A stretch of DNA of 64,000 nt from the NCBI GenBank assembly GCA_963699545.1, contig CAVOUE010000003.1:1-64000 (forward strand), given 5' to 3'. The stretch is from Nitrospirota bacterium (GTDB taxonomy: Bacteria; Nitrospirota; Thermodesulfovibrionia; Thermodesulfovibrionales; UBA9159). This document shows, piece by piece, positions 56,034-64,000 of this stretch (positions within the stretch are counted from its first letter, which is position 1; each line of letters starts with the position of its first letter). Position numbers and translations under genes: made by a program. The notes beneath the pieces were generated by a model. That model did not search any database. It was given only the letters and a program-made list of their open reading frames with translations, and was not told where the DNA came from.

Positions 56034-58289
56034 CTACCTCTTCCCTCCCAGCTGTGAAAGTATTCTGTGCGCCGTATTCCTCATGTTCTCAGGGACGTCC
56101 TTCTGGTTCAAGAGCTCCCGCAGGTAGTATGCCTGTTCTTCCCGATCGCCTCTCAGGGAACACGCCCATGCCTTATTGAAAAGGACAAAGTAGGACGGCG
56201 CATTGAGTTCCTGAGCCCTTGCGAAATATCCTCCAGCCCTACCCTCATCCCCCAGACCCCCCAGAATCGTACCCATACTGAGATATGGCTTGTAAAGAGG
56301 AGGGTTCAACGAGACCGCACGCTGCGCGAAAGGCAACGCCTTTTTCGGTCCCTCTCCCTTTATCAGCAAGAGGTTGGCCGTATCATCAAGTGCGCCGATG
56401 TTATAGGGATCGAGCGCGAGGACTCTGCTGAGATAGTGTGACGCGGTGACAAAATCGCCTTTAAGCATAGAGACCTTTGCGAGACCGTGAAGCGCGGCCG
56501 GAAACGCGTAATTCAGCTCCAGCGCCCTTTCATAACTCCTGAACGCCTCATCCACCTGTCCCAGAGACCGGTAGGCATCGCCCATCAGCGTGAACAGCGT
56601 GACCCTTTCTGTTCTCGGCACACGGTCGCTGAAGACCTGAAGATAGGTTTCGACCGCGCCTTCACTATCGTGATTAATAAACCTGTAATACCCCTTCAGA
56701 ATGTTAAGCTTATAAGAACCGGGGGACAGCCTCTCGAATGCATCTATTATCTTGCCAGCCTCTGACCTCTTCTCGAACAAAAGCGCCATGAAACCGAACC
56801 TGAAGAACGCCTCCCTGGCAAAATTGGGAGCTTTCATCTGCTCGGCGAGCCGGATCGCGTTCATATAATAGCCCTCTGCGTTCCTGTAATCAGACAATCC
56901 GTAATAGGCGTTGGCAAGTGCGAGATTTGCTCTTATATTATACGGGGCCTTCTCGACGCTGTCCTTCCAGAATGTCACAGGGTCCCTCCACACAAAATTT
57001 CTCTGGAAGGTCATGAGGCCGAGGAGGGCTGATAAGGCGGCAACGGCGATCCATAGTGTGAATCTCCCGGTAAGTCTCTCCCTGAAAACAACACAGATCT
57101 GGGCGACGATGCCGAACGTAAGACCGGCGAGGGGCAGGTAGTTCCTGTGCTCAAAATAGAAATCAGACCCGACAGCGAGAAAACTCTCAAGCGAGATCGC
57201 AATGAAATACCAGAGGACGCCGAATGACAGAAAGGGGAATCTTCTTAATGAGAAAAACGAAAGGATAACCGCTCCCGACACGAGACAGACCGAAAAAAGA
57301 GTCGTTGCGGGCTCGAAGAGCCCCCCTGAAACAGGGTATCCCCACCAGTCAAAAATGAGATTGTGGGGCAGGGGGAAGAGGAAGACGAATAAATACCTGC
57401 AGAGCACCCTCATTTCTGTGAGGATATGCTCAAGGGGAGTCCAGTATACATCCTGAGCCATCCATGCCTTGAATGCAAGGGGCTTGTTGACCGCAAGGAA
57501 TTCCTTTCCGATGGACAGAGCGCTCCCATAGACGGAGAAGTACCTGTTGACGATCAGGGAAGCGGCGAGGCCTATGCAGAGGATAATGGCAACCTTCTTT
57601 ATGAATGTCTTCGTATCTCCCCGTGAAAAGAAAACATAGTCGTAAAGAAGAATGAGCGGTATCGCCATCACCCCGTTTTCTTTCGAGAGCATTGCGAGGA
57701 TGATGAACACAACGGTCGTCCCATACAGTGCGCCTCTCGAAAGCTTTTTCCCGGCCCTGTGTGCAAATATATAGGTAATCAGCGACAGGAGAACGAAGAG
57801 AGCGGCGAGGGCGGTCCCCCTCTGAATGATATAGGCGACGGCGTTGCCGTTGAGGGGATGAAGGGCAAAGACGGCTCCGCTGATAAGCGCCACCGGGACG
57901 GCAAGCCGTCCGTCACGATCTTCGCGTGCACTCATCCTCACCGTCACAAAGGCGATCGCATAAAGGAGCAGGGAATTCACGACATGGATGAGGATATTGA
58001 AAAGCCTGAAGTTCACCGGACTGTAGGGATCGATCTTCTGATTGAGCAGAAAGGTGAGGCTCGTCACCTTCCTCACGCCGGCCTTTTCGATGACCTGCTC
58101 GATCCCTATGGGCTGGTTGATGAGCACGTCATCCAGCGCCCAGATGCCATGCAGGGAATTCGAATAGGCAAGGAAGGTAATCAGGCATAAGAAGCAAATT
58201 CCGATCAGATGGATGAATCGATTATGTTCCGGAGAGGCTTTCTCACTCCCTGATACTATGTTGCTAATAGCTGGGAGCCCCGGTTGCAT
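56034..58289 (-). CDS. TMTC-like GT-C glycosyltransferase with TPR domain (copy 1; start uncertain)
   Basis: WALDD, HPLNGNAVAYIIQR, SKENG, FEHRNYLP, TPRs. Confidence 0.85.
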   Translation of the reverse strand: MQPGLPAISNIVSGSEKASPEHNRFIHLIGICFLCLITFLAYSNSLHGIWALDDVLINQPIGIEQVIEKAGVRKVTSLTFLLNQKIDPYSPVNFRLFNILIHVVNSLLLYAIAFVTVRMSAREDRDGRLAVPVALISGAVFALHPLNGNAVAYIIQRGTALAALFVLLSLITYIFAHRAGKKLSRGALYGTTVVFIILAMLSKENGVMAIPLILLYDYVFFSRGDTKTFIKKVAIILCIGLAASLIVNRYFSVYGSALSIGKEFLAVNKPLAFKAWMAQDVYWTPLEHILTEMRVLCRYLFVFLFPLPHNLIFDWWGYPVSGGLFEPATTLFSVCLVSGAVILSFFSLRRFPFLSFGVLWYFIAISLESFLAVGSDFYFEHRNYLPLAGLTFGIVAQICVVFRERLTGRFTLWIAVAALSALLGLMTFQRNFVWRDPVTFWKDSVEKAPYNIRANLALANAYYGLSDYRNAEGYYMNAIRLAEQMKAPNFAREAFFRFGFMALLFEKRSEAGKIIDAFERLSPGSYKLNILKGYYRFINHDSEGAVETYLQVFSDRVPRTERVTLFTLMGDAYRSLGQVDEAFRSYERALELNYAFPAALHGLAKVSMLKGDFVTASHYLSRVLALDPYNIGALDDTANLLLIKGEGPKKALPFAQRAVSLNPPLYKPYLSMGTILGGLGDEGRAGGYFARAQELNAPSYFVLFNKAWACSLRGDREEQAYYLRELLNQKDVPENMRNTAHRILSQLGGKR

Positions 58290-58720
58290 CTGATGGGAAT
58301 TCTTTGTACCAGCTGCCGTCGACAAAGACCCATTTCTCTTCGAATTCTGCAGGCGTCTCCCGGCTGACTGAACTCCTGACGCTTGACCTTTAGGGGCGGC
58401 ACCGAAAACACGATGCTCACATTCACCAGTCCTATGTTTCCTTCCACCTTCACATCCTTTATCTCAAAGGAATGGTATTTCACCGCTCCACGGCTCCCCA
58501 GGAACTTATACTTGTTAGTTTTCGCCTGGAAGAAGGGGTCGAACAGGTAGAACATCTTCTCGTAATCCGCCTTCACGGCAGCTGTCCAATACTCCTCGGC
58601 CCTCTCTCTGAGGAGGGAGACCTTGGAAGGAGAGTCCATCTCCTCAACCATCCTTCCCCCGGTAGCCGCGCACGCGCTCAGGACAGCGCCCACCAGTAAT
58701 ACCAGCAAGATCCTTTTCAT
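58264..58720 (-). CDS. NTF2-like lipoprotein (frameshift near 58358)
   Basis: Lipobox LSAC; RAEEYW..DPFF; removing one base gives FEEKWVFVDGSWYKEF..SY*, matching the paralog at 43377-43760. Confidence 0.8.
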
Positions 58721-60072
58721 TTCTCTTTCTCTCCTTTATCGAGGGTAAAATCCAACAAGAACAGGTCAGCATTCTCTGCCGCAAGATCGTCGCTCCTCAA
58801 CCTAAAGAGCGGCATATAGTATTTATCCTTCGCCTTGACGATGTTGGCAGTATAAGGGAAGAGCCCTGCATTGAACCGCCCCGGCTCTTCGAGAGGGATA
58901 TCCTTTTCCTGCCACGTCTTCCCGTAATCCTTTGAGTATTGCATGTAGAGGTTGGACCGTATGTTCCGAAAATCCTGCCAGACGGCGATAACGGTGCCGT
59001 CATCTTCAGCCCTGACGATGACATGCTCAGCCTGTGTATGCTTCGAGGAATAGTGGCGCAGAGGGACCATCTCGCTCCAGGTAGTGCCGTTGTCTTCCGA
59101 CCTCACGATGTATACCGTCGCTTTCTCTTCCCCCTTCTTCTTCCCGTCCACAGCCACATAGATATGCCCTTTGGAATCGTTCGCAAATCTCATAACTCCC
59201 AAGGCAAATCCCCTTGTGCTTTCGATAACCGTTGTTTTCCATGTCGCTCCCTCATCATCCGAATACGCCCCCTCGACAACCGGGACGCCTTCGTAGGAGG
59301 TAAGCCAGAGGACGTGCAGTCTGTTTCCGCTCTTCATAGGTTGCATAAAAAGATTTACGACGCCGATCTCCTTAATCTCCACGGGATCGCTCCATGTTTT
59401 ACATCCATCCACAGACTTCCTGAAAAGCATATATTTTTTTGCTGGCATCTGCCCGCGGGGCGAAACAGCATACGAAAAAACATACGTCTTCCTGTCATCA
59501 GAAAGAACGGTCGGGTAAATGGCATACCTGTATCCAAGGGTCAGGTTCTGCGGCTTCGAGAATGTATCGCCGGAGTCACTCGAGCACGCCACATAGAGGT
59601 GATCTTTGTTGCCCTTTATTACTGTCTCGCCATACCACGCGACCGCCACATTACCCTCTTTATCCGAAGCTATCTTTATTCTCGACAGCGGCGCCGTCTT
59701 CCCGTCATCGATAAGGACGGTCTCTGAAAGGGTTTTTCCGTCGCGAACGGCACGGGAAAAAAGCCTCTTTCTATCCCCCTTTTCCCTCCATACAGCAACA
59801 AGATTTCTCCCCTGGACATCAAGGGCGAGACCGGACGCGCCGCTTTTCTCGCTATTGACGGCAAAGTCTTTCCCTCCCTCCACCCCACGGATGTGGAGCA
59901 TGCCCTTCGGGTCGTAATAGGCGCTCCAGATCTCGCCGCCCTGGTCGACTCGGAGAAGGTTCTCCCGGTATCTGTTGATCTCGGCGATGAGCTTTTCCCC
60001 CCCCGACACGGGGCACGGGAGAAGGCACATGACAACCCCCGCAAGGAGAATTCCCTTCCTCAATAATTCCAT
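58717..60072 (-). CDS. Exported BNR/Asp-box (sialidase-fold) propeller protein
   Basis: AGGAGG RBS, signal peptide, SSDSGDTF, SVDGCKTW, SDDEGATW, SEDNGTTW, SKDYGKTW. Confidence 0.87.
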   Translation of the reverse strand: MELLRKGILLAGVVMCLLPCPVSGGEKLIAEINRYRENLLRVDQGGEIWSAYYDPKGMLHIRGVEGGKDFAVNSEKSGASGLALDVQGRNLVAVWREKGDRKRLFSRAVRDGKTLSETVLIDDGKTAPLSRIKIASDKEGNVAVAWYGETVIKGNKDHLYVACSSDSGDTFSKPQNLTLGYRYAIYPTVLSDDRKTYVFSYAVSPRGQMPAKKYMLFRKSVDGCKTWSDPVEIKEIGVVNLFMQPMKSGNRLHVLWLTSYEGVPVVEGAYSDDEGATWKTTVIESTRGFALGVMRFANDSKGHIYVAVDGKKKGEEKATVYIVRSEDNGTTWSEMVPLRHYSSKHTQAEHVIVRAEDDGTVIAVWQDFRNIRSNLYMQYSKDYGKTWQEKDIPLEEPGRFNAGLFPYTANIVKAKDKYYMPLFRLRSDDLAAENADLFLLDFTLDKGEKEK

Positions 60073-60152
60073 AATGTCCTCCTGCTTTTCGGTTATACTA
60101 CCACAAAGTAATTCGGCAGAGCAAACCTCGTTCTGAGCTCTTTCGAAGACAC

Positions 60153-60192
60153 AAAAAGTGGGGGGAACTCCGGGAGTTCCCCCCACTTTTTT
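60153..60192 (-). terminator. Strong intrinsic terminator after secreted protein A
   Basis: AAAAAGTGGGGGGAACTC-CGG-GAGTTCCCCCCACTTTTT perfect inverted repeat. Confidence 0.92.
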
Positions 60193-60230
60193 CAGACTGT
60201 ATTCGTGAGATCTTCTGATTTAGTTACGGT

Positions 60231-61502
60231 TTAGTCGACGCCTCCCGCCTCCAAATCGTTTATACCGTGCTGCAGTATACCAAAACCATCTGTGCTAGCG
60301 CCGTTTCTGATCCAGGTGAAGTTGTTCACCGCATTGGGAATGGCTTTCCCGGCGAGGGTAATGGCGCCTTCGGTATAATCAAGTTTCCCGACAATCGCAT
60401 CGGACTTCACCGATCCCGGGGCGCTTATACCTGCGACAATGCCTGTGGTTCCGGTCATTGCGCGGACACTCGTCCAAGCCTGTCCGCCGGTAACCGTCAG
60501 GTAAGTGACCTGTGCAGAAGTGAGTAACCCGCCGAGTGAGGGGTTCGCATATATATCAAGTCCTCCTGTACATATGAACTCCACGGCGTCGTTCCCAGAC
60601 AGCTCTCCTTCATCGTTGTCCCAGATACCCGGATGGAAGCATGACGGATCTTTCTGAATACCAAGACCGGCACCAACAATGTTCGTTGCTTCACTTGAAT
60701 CGTTAGCATCCGGATCGAGGCAGAACTGGATTCTCGCAGACGCATTACCCGTCCTTTGTCCAACAACATAGTTGGCCGGCGTAACGAACATCGTTGTTTT
60801 GAATCCCTGACCGGGTACGTTAGGATAAATCACGATAGGGGTCGACTCAAGGTCGGAGAAATTCTCACCTACTCTCGGTGAGCGAAGCACCTCGCCCTGC
60901 ATGTCGTTCTCGTCAGAGAAGAACACCGGGCTTATATCCTCGCCCCTCGATCCATTATATGCCACATATCCCCATGCACCGCCCGACGCTGTCTCAATTA
61001 TCAGAGCCTCGCCATAAAGAGATGCCTGAAACTGATCGCCATTGCAGCCCGAGTTGTTATCAACAAGGAGAAACGACCTGCTTGGAATCGGTCCACTAGA
61101 ATTACCAAATGCGTCGGGTGTGTAAGTTGCGTTCCCGTGACGGGCTGGCTGGTCGTTAAAGAGAGAGGATCCCGGGGTTGCTAACGGGTATATCCCACCG
61201 GCGTCAAAGCTGACGATATCGTTCATCGAAGACCCTATCGTAAAATCCTGGTTTACACAGGTCTCGAGCCTGTCGTTGCCAGAGGTCTTCTTATACCAGT
61301 ACTGATAGTGGAGCGACTGGCTGCAGAGAATAGTTTCCGGCGCTGACGTATTCACCACAGAAACCAGACTGAAGACGGTGTTGCTCTTTACCAGCCACGG
61401 AAACAGGATTGTGTCGGCCGATGCCTTTTCCACTGCCACGCCAAAAGAAAAAACTAAGGCGATAGCAAGAAATACGGCAACTGTCAATGTTTTGCTTTTC
61501 AC
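60231..61502 (-). CDS. Secreted beta-rich surface protein A (candidate S-layer protein)
   Basis: AAGGAGG RBS with GTG start, Sec signal (KASA|DTILFP), Gly/Ser/Thr/Asn/Asp-rich, six Cys, very strong expression signals. Confidence 0.75.
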   Translation of the reverse strand: MKSKTLTVAVFLAIALVFSFGVAVEKASADTILFPWLVKSNTVFSLVSVVNTSAPETILCSQSLHYQYWYKKTSGNDRLETCVNQDFTIGSSMNDIVSFDAGGIYPLATPGSSLFNDQPARHGNATYTPDAFGNSSGPIPSRSFLLVDNNSGCNGDQFQASLYGEALIIETASGGAWGYVAYNGSRGEDISPVFFSDENDMQGEVLRSPRVGENFSDLESTPIVIYPNVPGQGFKTTMFVTPANYVVGQRTGNASARIQFCLDPDANDSSEATNIVGAGLGIQKDPSCFHPGIWDNDEGELSGNDAVEFICTGGLDIYANPSLGGLLTSAQVTYLTVTGGQAWTSVRAMTGTTGIVAGISAPGSVKSDAIVGKLDYTEGAITLAGKAIPNAVNNFTWIRNGASTDGFGILQHGINDLEAGGVD

Positions 61503-61728
61503 TTTTAAACCTCCTTTACTCTTACAATTACGTTTCAAACTCTTTTCGGCCAAAGGCCAAAAATATGACTCAAACGGAACTTCCGGTCCTTACTCTCCCC
61601 TTTGCGATCACCTCCTTCTCATTCGAAATATTGGTAAGAAGTTCATGAATGCTATCTGACGATAGCTTGAAAAATCTCGAGAGTCTCACCCCCTCCCTTT
61701 CTGATTGATCTCGTATTCCGTTGAGCGA

Positions 61729-61876
61729 ATTATAATTCACGGCATTTCCTTTGTCAAGCCCATTATCCAAGCTAAATAAATTGTAATGCAAGGTTTCCCC
61801 CTTGTCAAGCTTTTTTTTGCCGCTCAAACGTCGTCCTTTTCACAGTCAGTATAAACATGCAAGGCGTGGCTGTCAA
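61729..61876 (-). promoter_or_regulatory. Three tandem near-consensus sigma70 promoters
   Basis: TTGACA-17-TATAAT (61729-61757), TTGACA-17-TACAAT (61780-61808), TTGACA-17-TATACT (61848-61876). Confidence 0.88.
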
Positions 61877-61907
61877 GCATTTTATGGTTTCCTGAACGCT
61901 AAACAGT

Positions 61908-61923
61908 AGCAAATAACATACCA
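61908..61923 (-). promoter_or_regulatory. Sigma54-like -24/-12 site
   Basis: TGGTATGTTATTTGCT (GG-N10-GC). Confidence 0.5.
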
Positions 61924-62090
61924 AGCGGCGTCATCGGGAGATTCTTCGGTCTTTCATACAAAAATCGGGATCACCCGGCGGTTGGCTGTGTTCATTATGC
62001 GTCATCCTGTGTACTTATCTCCACATGTCCCCCTTGAGAAGAGTTCCCCTGCTCCGCCGAATCCGTCACTTCGCCATACGGACAATACCG

Positions 62091-63227
62091 TCACGTCGGC
62101 CTCTCCCGGCCCTCCGTGCTATCTGCGCAGAGACGCAGGACACCCTCAAACTGGACGGCGATATGGTCCCACAGAAACTGAGATGAGAATTCCCTGCCCC
62201 GTTTTCCCATCTCCTCTCTCTTGCCGCCGTCCTCCAATAACACCCTTATGGCTTCCGACAGGGCCTCAGCAGAGCCCGAAGGGAAACTGAGACCGAACCC
62301 TTCTCTCCGCACGAAGTCGAGTTCCGCGATATCACTTACGACCACCGGCTTTCCGCACGCGGCAGCCTCCAGTACGCTCACCGGCGAAGATTCATGGCGC
62401 GATGGCAGGACAATGACCGTCGCCCTGGACAAGAGTCTCTTCTTCCCCTCTCCCGTCACAAACCCCGCATACCCGATCCTCTCCCTGAGGGAAGGAGCGC
62501 AGTCCGATACCAGAGTATCGAACCTGTCGAATTCATACCCGGCGAGGATGAGCCTTATTCTTGGATACTCAGGGGCTATCCTTTTGAATGCCTCAATGAG
62601 GAGGTCGAGACCCTTTGTATACGTATCTATCCTGCTGAAAAAAAGGATATATGCCCCGTCCTCAGGGGTAACCTGCAAGAGCTCTTCGTTGATGCCGTTC
62701 GGTATAACATGGCACTGTATATTCTTCTTCCTGAGCCTCGCCGTCACCTTTTCCTTTGTGATCGGTGAAACGAAGATGAACCTCTCATACAGTCCCGGAT
62801 AGAACCGTTCCACCAGATGCATCGGGATCGCATAGACCGGATGAAACTTTCTGAAGGAATGTTCTTCCATTATGCCCTGCACCTGCAGGAATACGGGTGT
62901 CCTGGTGAACAGTGTTGAAAAAAAAGGGGTCGAGGGAAGGAAGTTTTCGACGATGACGTCGAACCCGCTCCCCTGCTTCCTCACAAAACTCGCCGCCTGA
63001 ACGGTATAGGTGAGGACGCTCCTTGTGAGGCTGCTGCTCCCCGCTCCCACAAAAAGATGCCTCAACCCTTCAATATCACCGTCCCGTGCTCCTGGGTACT
63101 TCATGCAGAGAAGCGTGACCTCATGCCTGTCCTTGAGCCTTCGATAGATCTCATACGCCCTCACACCGGCCCCTCCATATCCGAAGGGACTTCCAGGGCT
63201 TTCATAGATGAGCTGGAGAATCTTCAT
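62091..63227 (-). CDS. GT4 glycosyltransferase
   Basis: YGGAGVR, IPNGI, KGLDLLIEAF, ESSPVSVLEAAACGKPVV. Confidence 0.92.
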   Translation of the reverse strand: MKILQLIYESPGSPFGYGGAGVRAYEIYRRLKDRHEVTLLCMKYPGARDGDIEGLRHLFVGAGSSSLTRSVLTYTVQAASFVRKQGSGFDVIVENFLPSTPFFSTLFTRTPVFLQVQGIMEEHSFRKFHPVYAIPMHLVERFYPGLYERFIFVSPITKEKVTARLRKKNIQCHVIPNGINEELLQVTPEDGAYILFFSRIDTYTKGLDLLIEAFKRIAPEYPRIRLILAGYEFDRFDTLVSDCAPSLRERIGYAGFVTGEGKKRLLSRATVIVLPSRHESSPVSVLEAAACGKPVVVSDIAELDFVRREGFGLSFPSGSAEALSEAIRVLLEDGGKREEMGKRGREFSSQFLWDHIAVQFEGVLRLCADSTEGRERPT

Positions 63228-63467
63228 TTCAAATATTGCTGAGGCGGTTCACCCTTTCGTAGACCTCAGGAACGGCAAGAAGTCCCTCGCCATTTTGCCC
63301 CGCACCGTCGGCCCGCGGCAAACCGGATGGGCAACACCTGCCCGCCGTATCGGCCATAGCGTTCTTGACCTCTCGCTCCGACACCGTGGTCAAGAACGAT
63401 TTCCAATTTCCGCCGAAAGAAAATGTTATTTCTTCCCGTCCGTCCTATCGTCTCCGGACATCTCATA

Positions 63468-64000
63468 TCACTTCTTTTCGAGAGTCTTGGTTAAAGCGAC
63501 GAAATGGGGCTGCTTCTTAGCTTTAATGGACCTCCTCATGATTCTGTTTAAGAATAATTTAAGTCTTCTTGCGCGTTTCGGGCGCTTCGTTGAGGGAAGC
63601 ATTCTTCTCACATAATCTTCCAATTTTCCCCTATACTGAGGTATGAGTTGTGTTGCCGTCTCAAATTCTGCCAGGTCTCCTTTTTCGATAGCTCGAATCG
63701 AATCAAAAGCGCCGGTCACGCCTTCGCGAGTCATCTGTCGTATCGGAAGATTGAGCATATCACAGAAAGAGGCCGCCCGGCTGTCGTGAGAAAGGATTAC
63801 CGCCGGTCTCCCATGAGCAAGAGCAAACATTCCGGAATGCAACCTCACAGAAACGACGAAACGCGCAGATAGAAGGCTTTGAACGATGTCCTGTATGTCT
63901 CTTACCGTTTGTTTGCCTTCCAACAAGAGCAAATCAGGATCTGACTGCACTATGTTAATGCCGTCAGGGTATTCTTCAAAGAACCTATCCACTAAGAGGT
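63468..64000 (-). CDS. Polysaccharide pyruvyl transferase family protein (5' end outside the window)
   Basis: VVSVRLHSGMFALAHGRPAV..HDSR motif. Confidence 0.75.
   Translation of the reverse strand, partial: LLVDRFFEEYPDGINIVQSDPDLLLLEGKQTVRDIQDIVQSLLSARFVVSVRLHSGMFALAHGRPAVILSHDSRAASFCDMLNLPIRQMTREGVTGAFDSIRAIEKGDLAEFETATQLIPQYRGKLEDYVRRMLPSTKRPKRARRLKLFLNRIMRRSIKAKKQPHFVALTKTLEKK

Noticed and set aside
12499-58720. uvrC, DUF1385, rnfA, purL, BNR, wzt and lipoprotein genes as true pseudogenes or programmed frameshifts
   Set aside because: Single-base indels in otherwise intact genes, clustered at one k-mer on either strand or in homopolymers; sequencing error is more parsimonious
61570-61827. 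85 aa ORF upstream of protein A
   Set aside because: Runs through the promoter array and leader, with no RBS or motif
63360-63398. Inverted repeat CGTTCTTGACC...GGTCAAGAACG
   Set aside because: Single intergenic hairpin without a T-tract or further copies

Overview
A 64 kb chromosomal window from a Gram-negative bacterium. The 16S rRNA and gene content suggest Nitrospirota, class Thermodesulfovibrionia (my inference, not a database hit). The first 41 kb is mostly housekeeping: an ECF sigma/anti-sigma pair, serS, rpoD, a 16S-23S rRNA operon with no tRNA and no 5S, uvrC, atpBE, rpmE-DUF1385-prfA-prmC, rnfCDGEAB, ribH-nusB, purB and a large fused purL. The last 23 kb is a cell-surface locus with two paralogous copies of a module: secreted beta-rich protein, BNR/Asp-box propeller protein, small NTF2-like domain. 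The two copies bracket three TMTC-type GT-C/TPR glycosyltransferases, a Wzm/Wzt exporter, a GT4 and a deacetylase/GNAT pair. An O-acyltransferase, an orphan GspC-like gene, a second GT4 and a pyruvyltransferase lie just outside. The main secreted gene has three tandem near-consensus sigma70 promoters, a sigma54-like site and a strong terminator, as expected of an S-layer-type glycoprotein system. Second theme: short hairpins built from degenerate 7-8-nt tandem units are inserted in rRNA helices and inside the reading frames of several enzyme genes. Six of eight frameshifts in the window fall at GGAGA(C/T) and are probably context-dependent sequencing errors. No CRISPR array, tRNA, transposase or prophage gene was seen.
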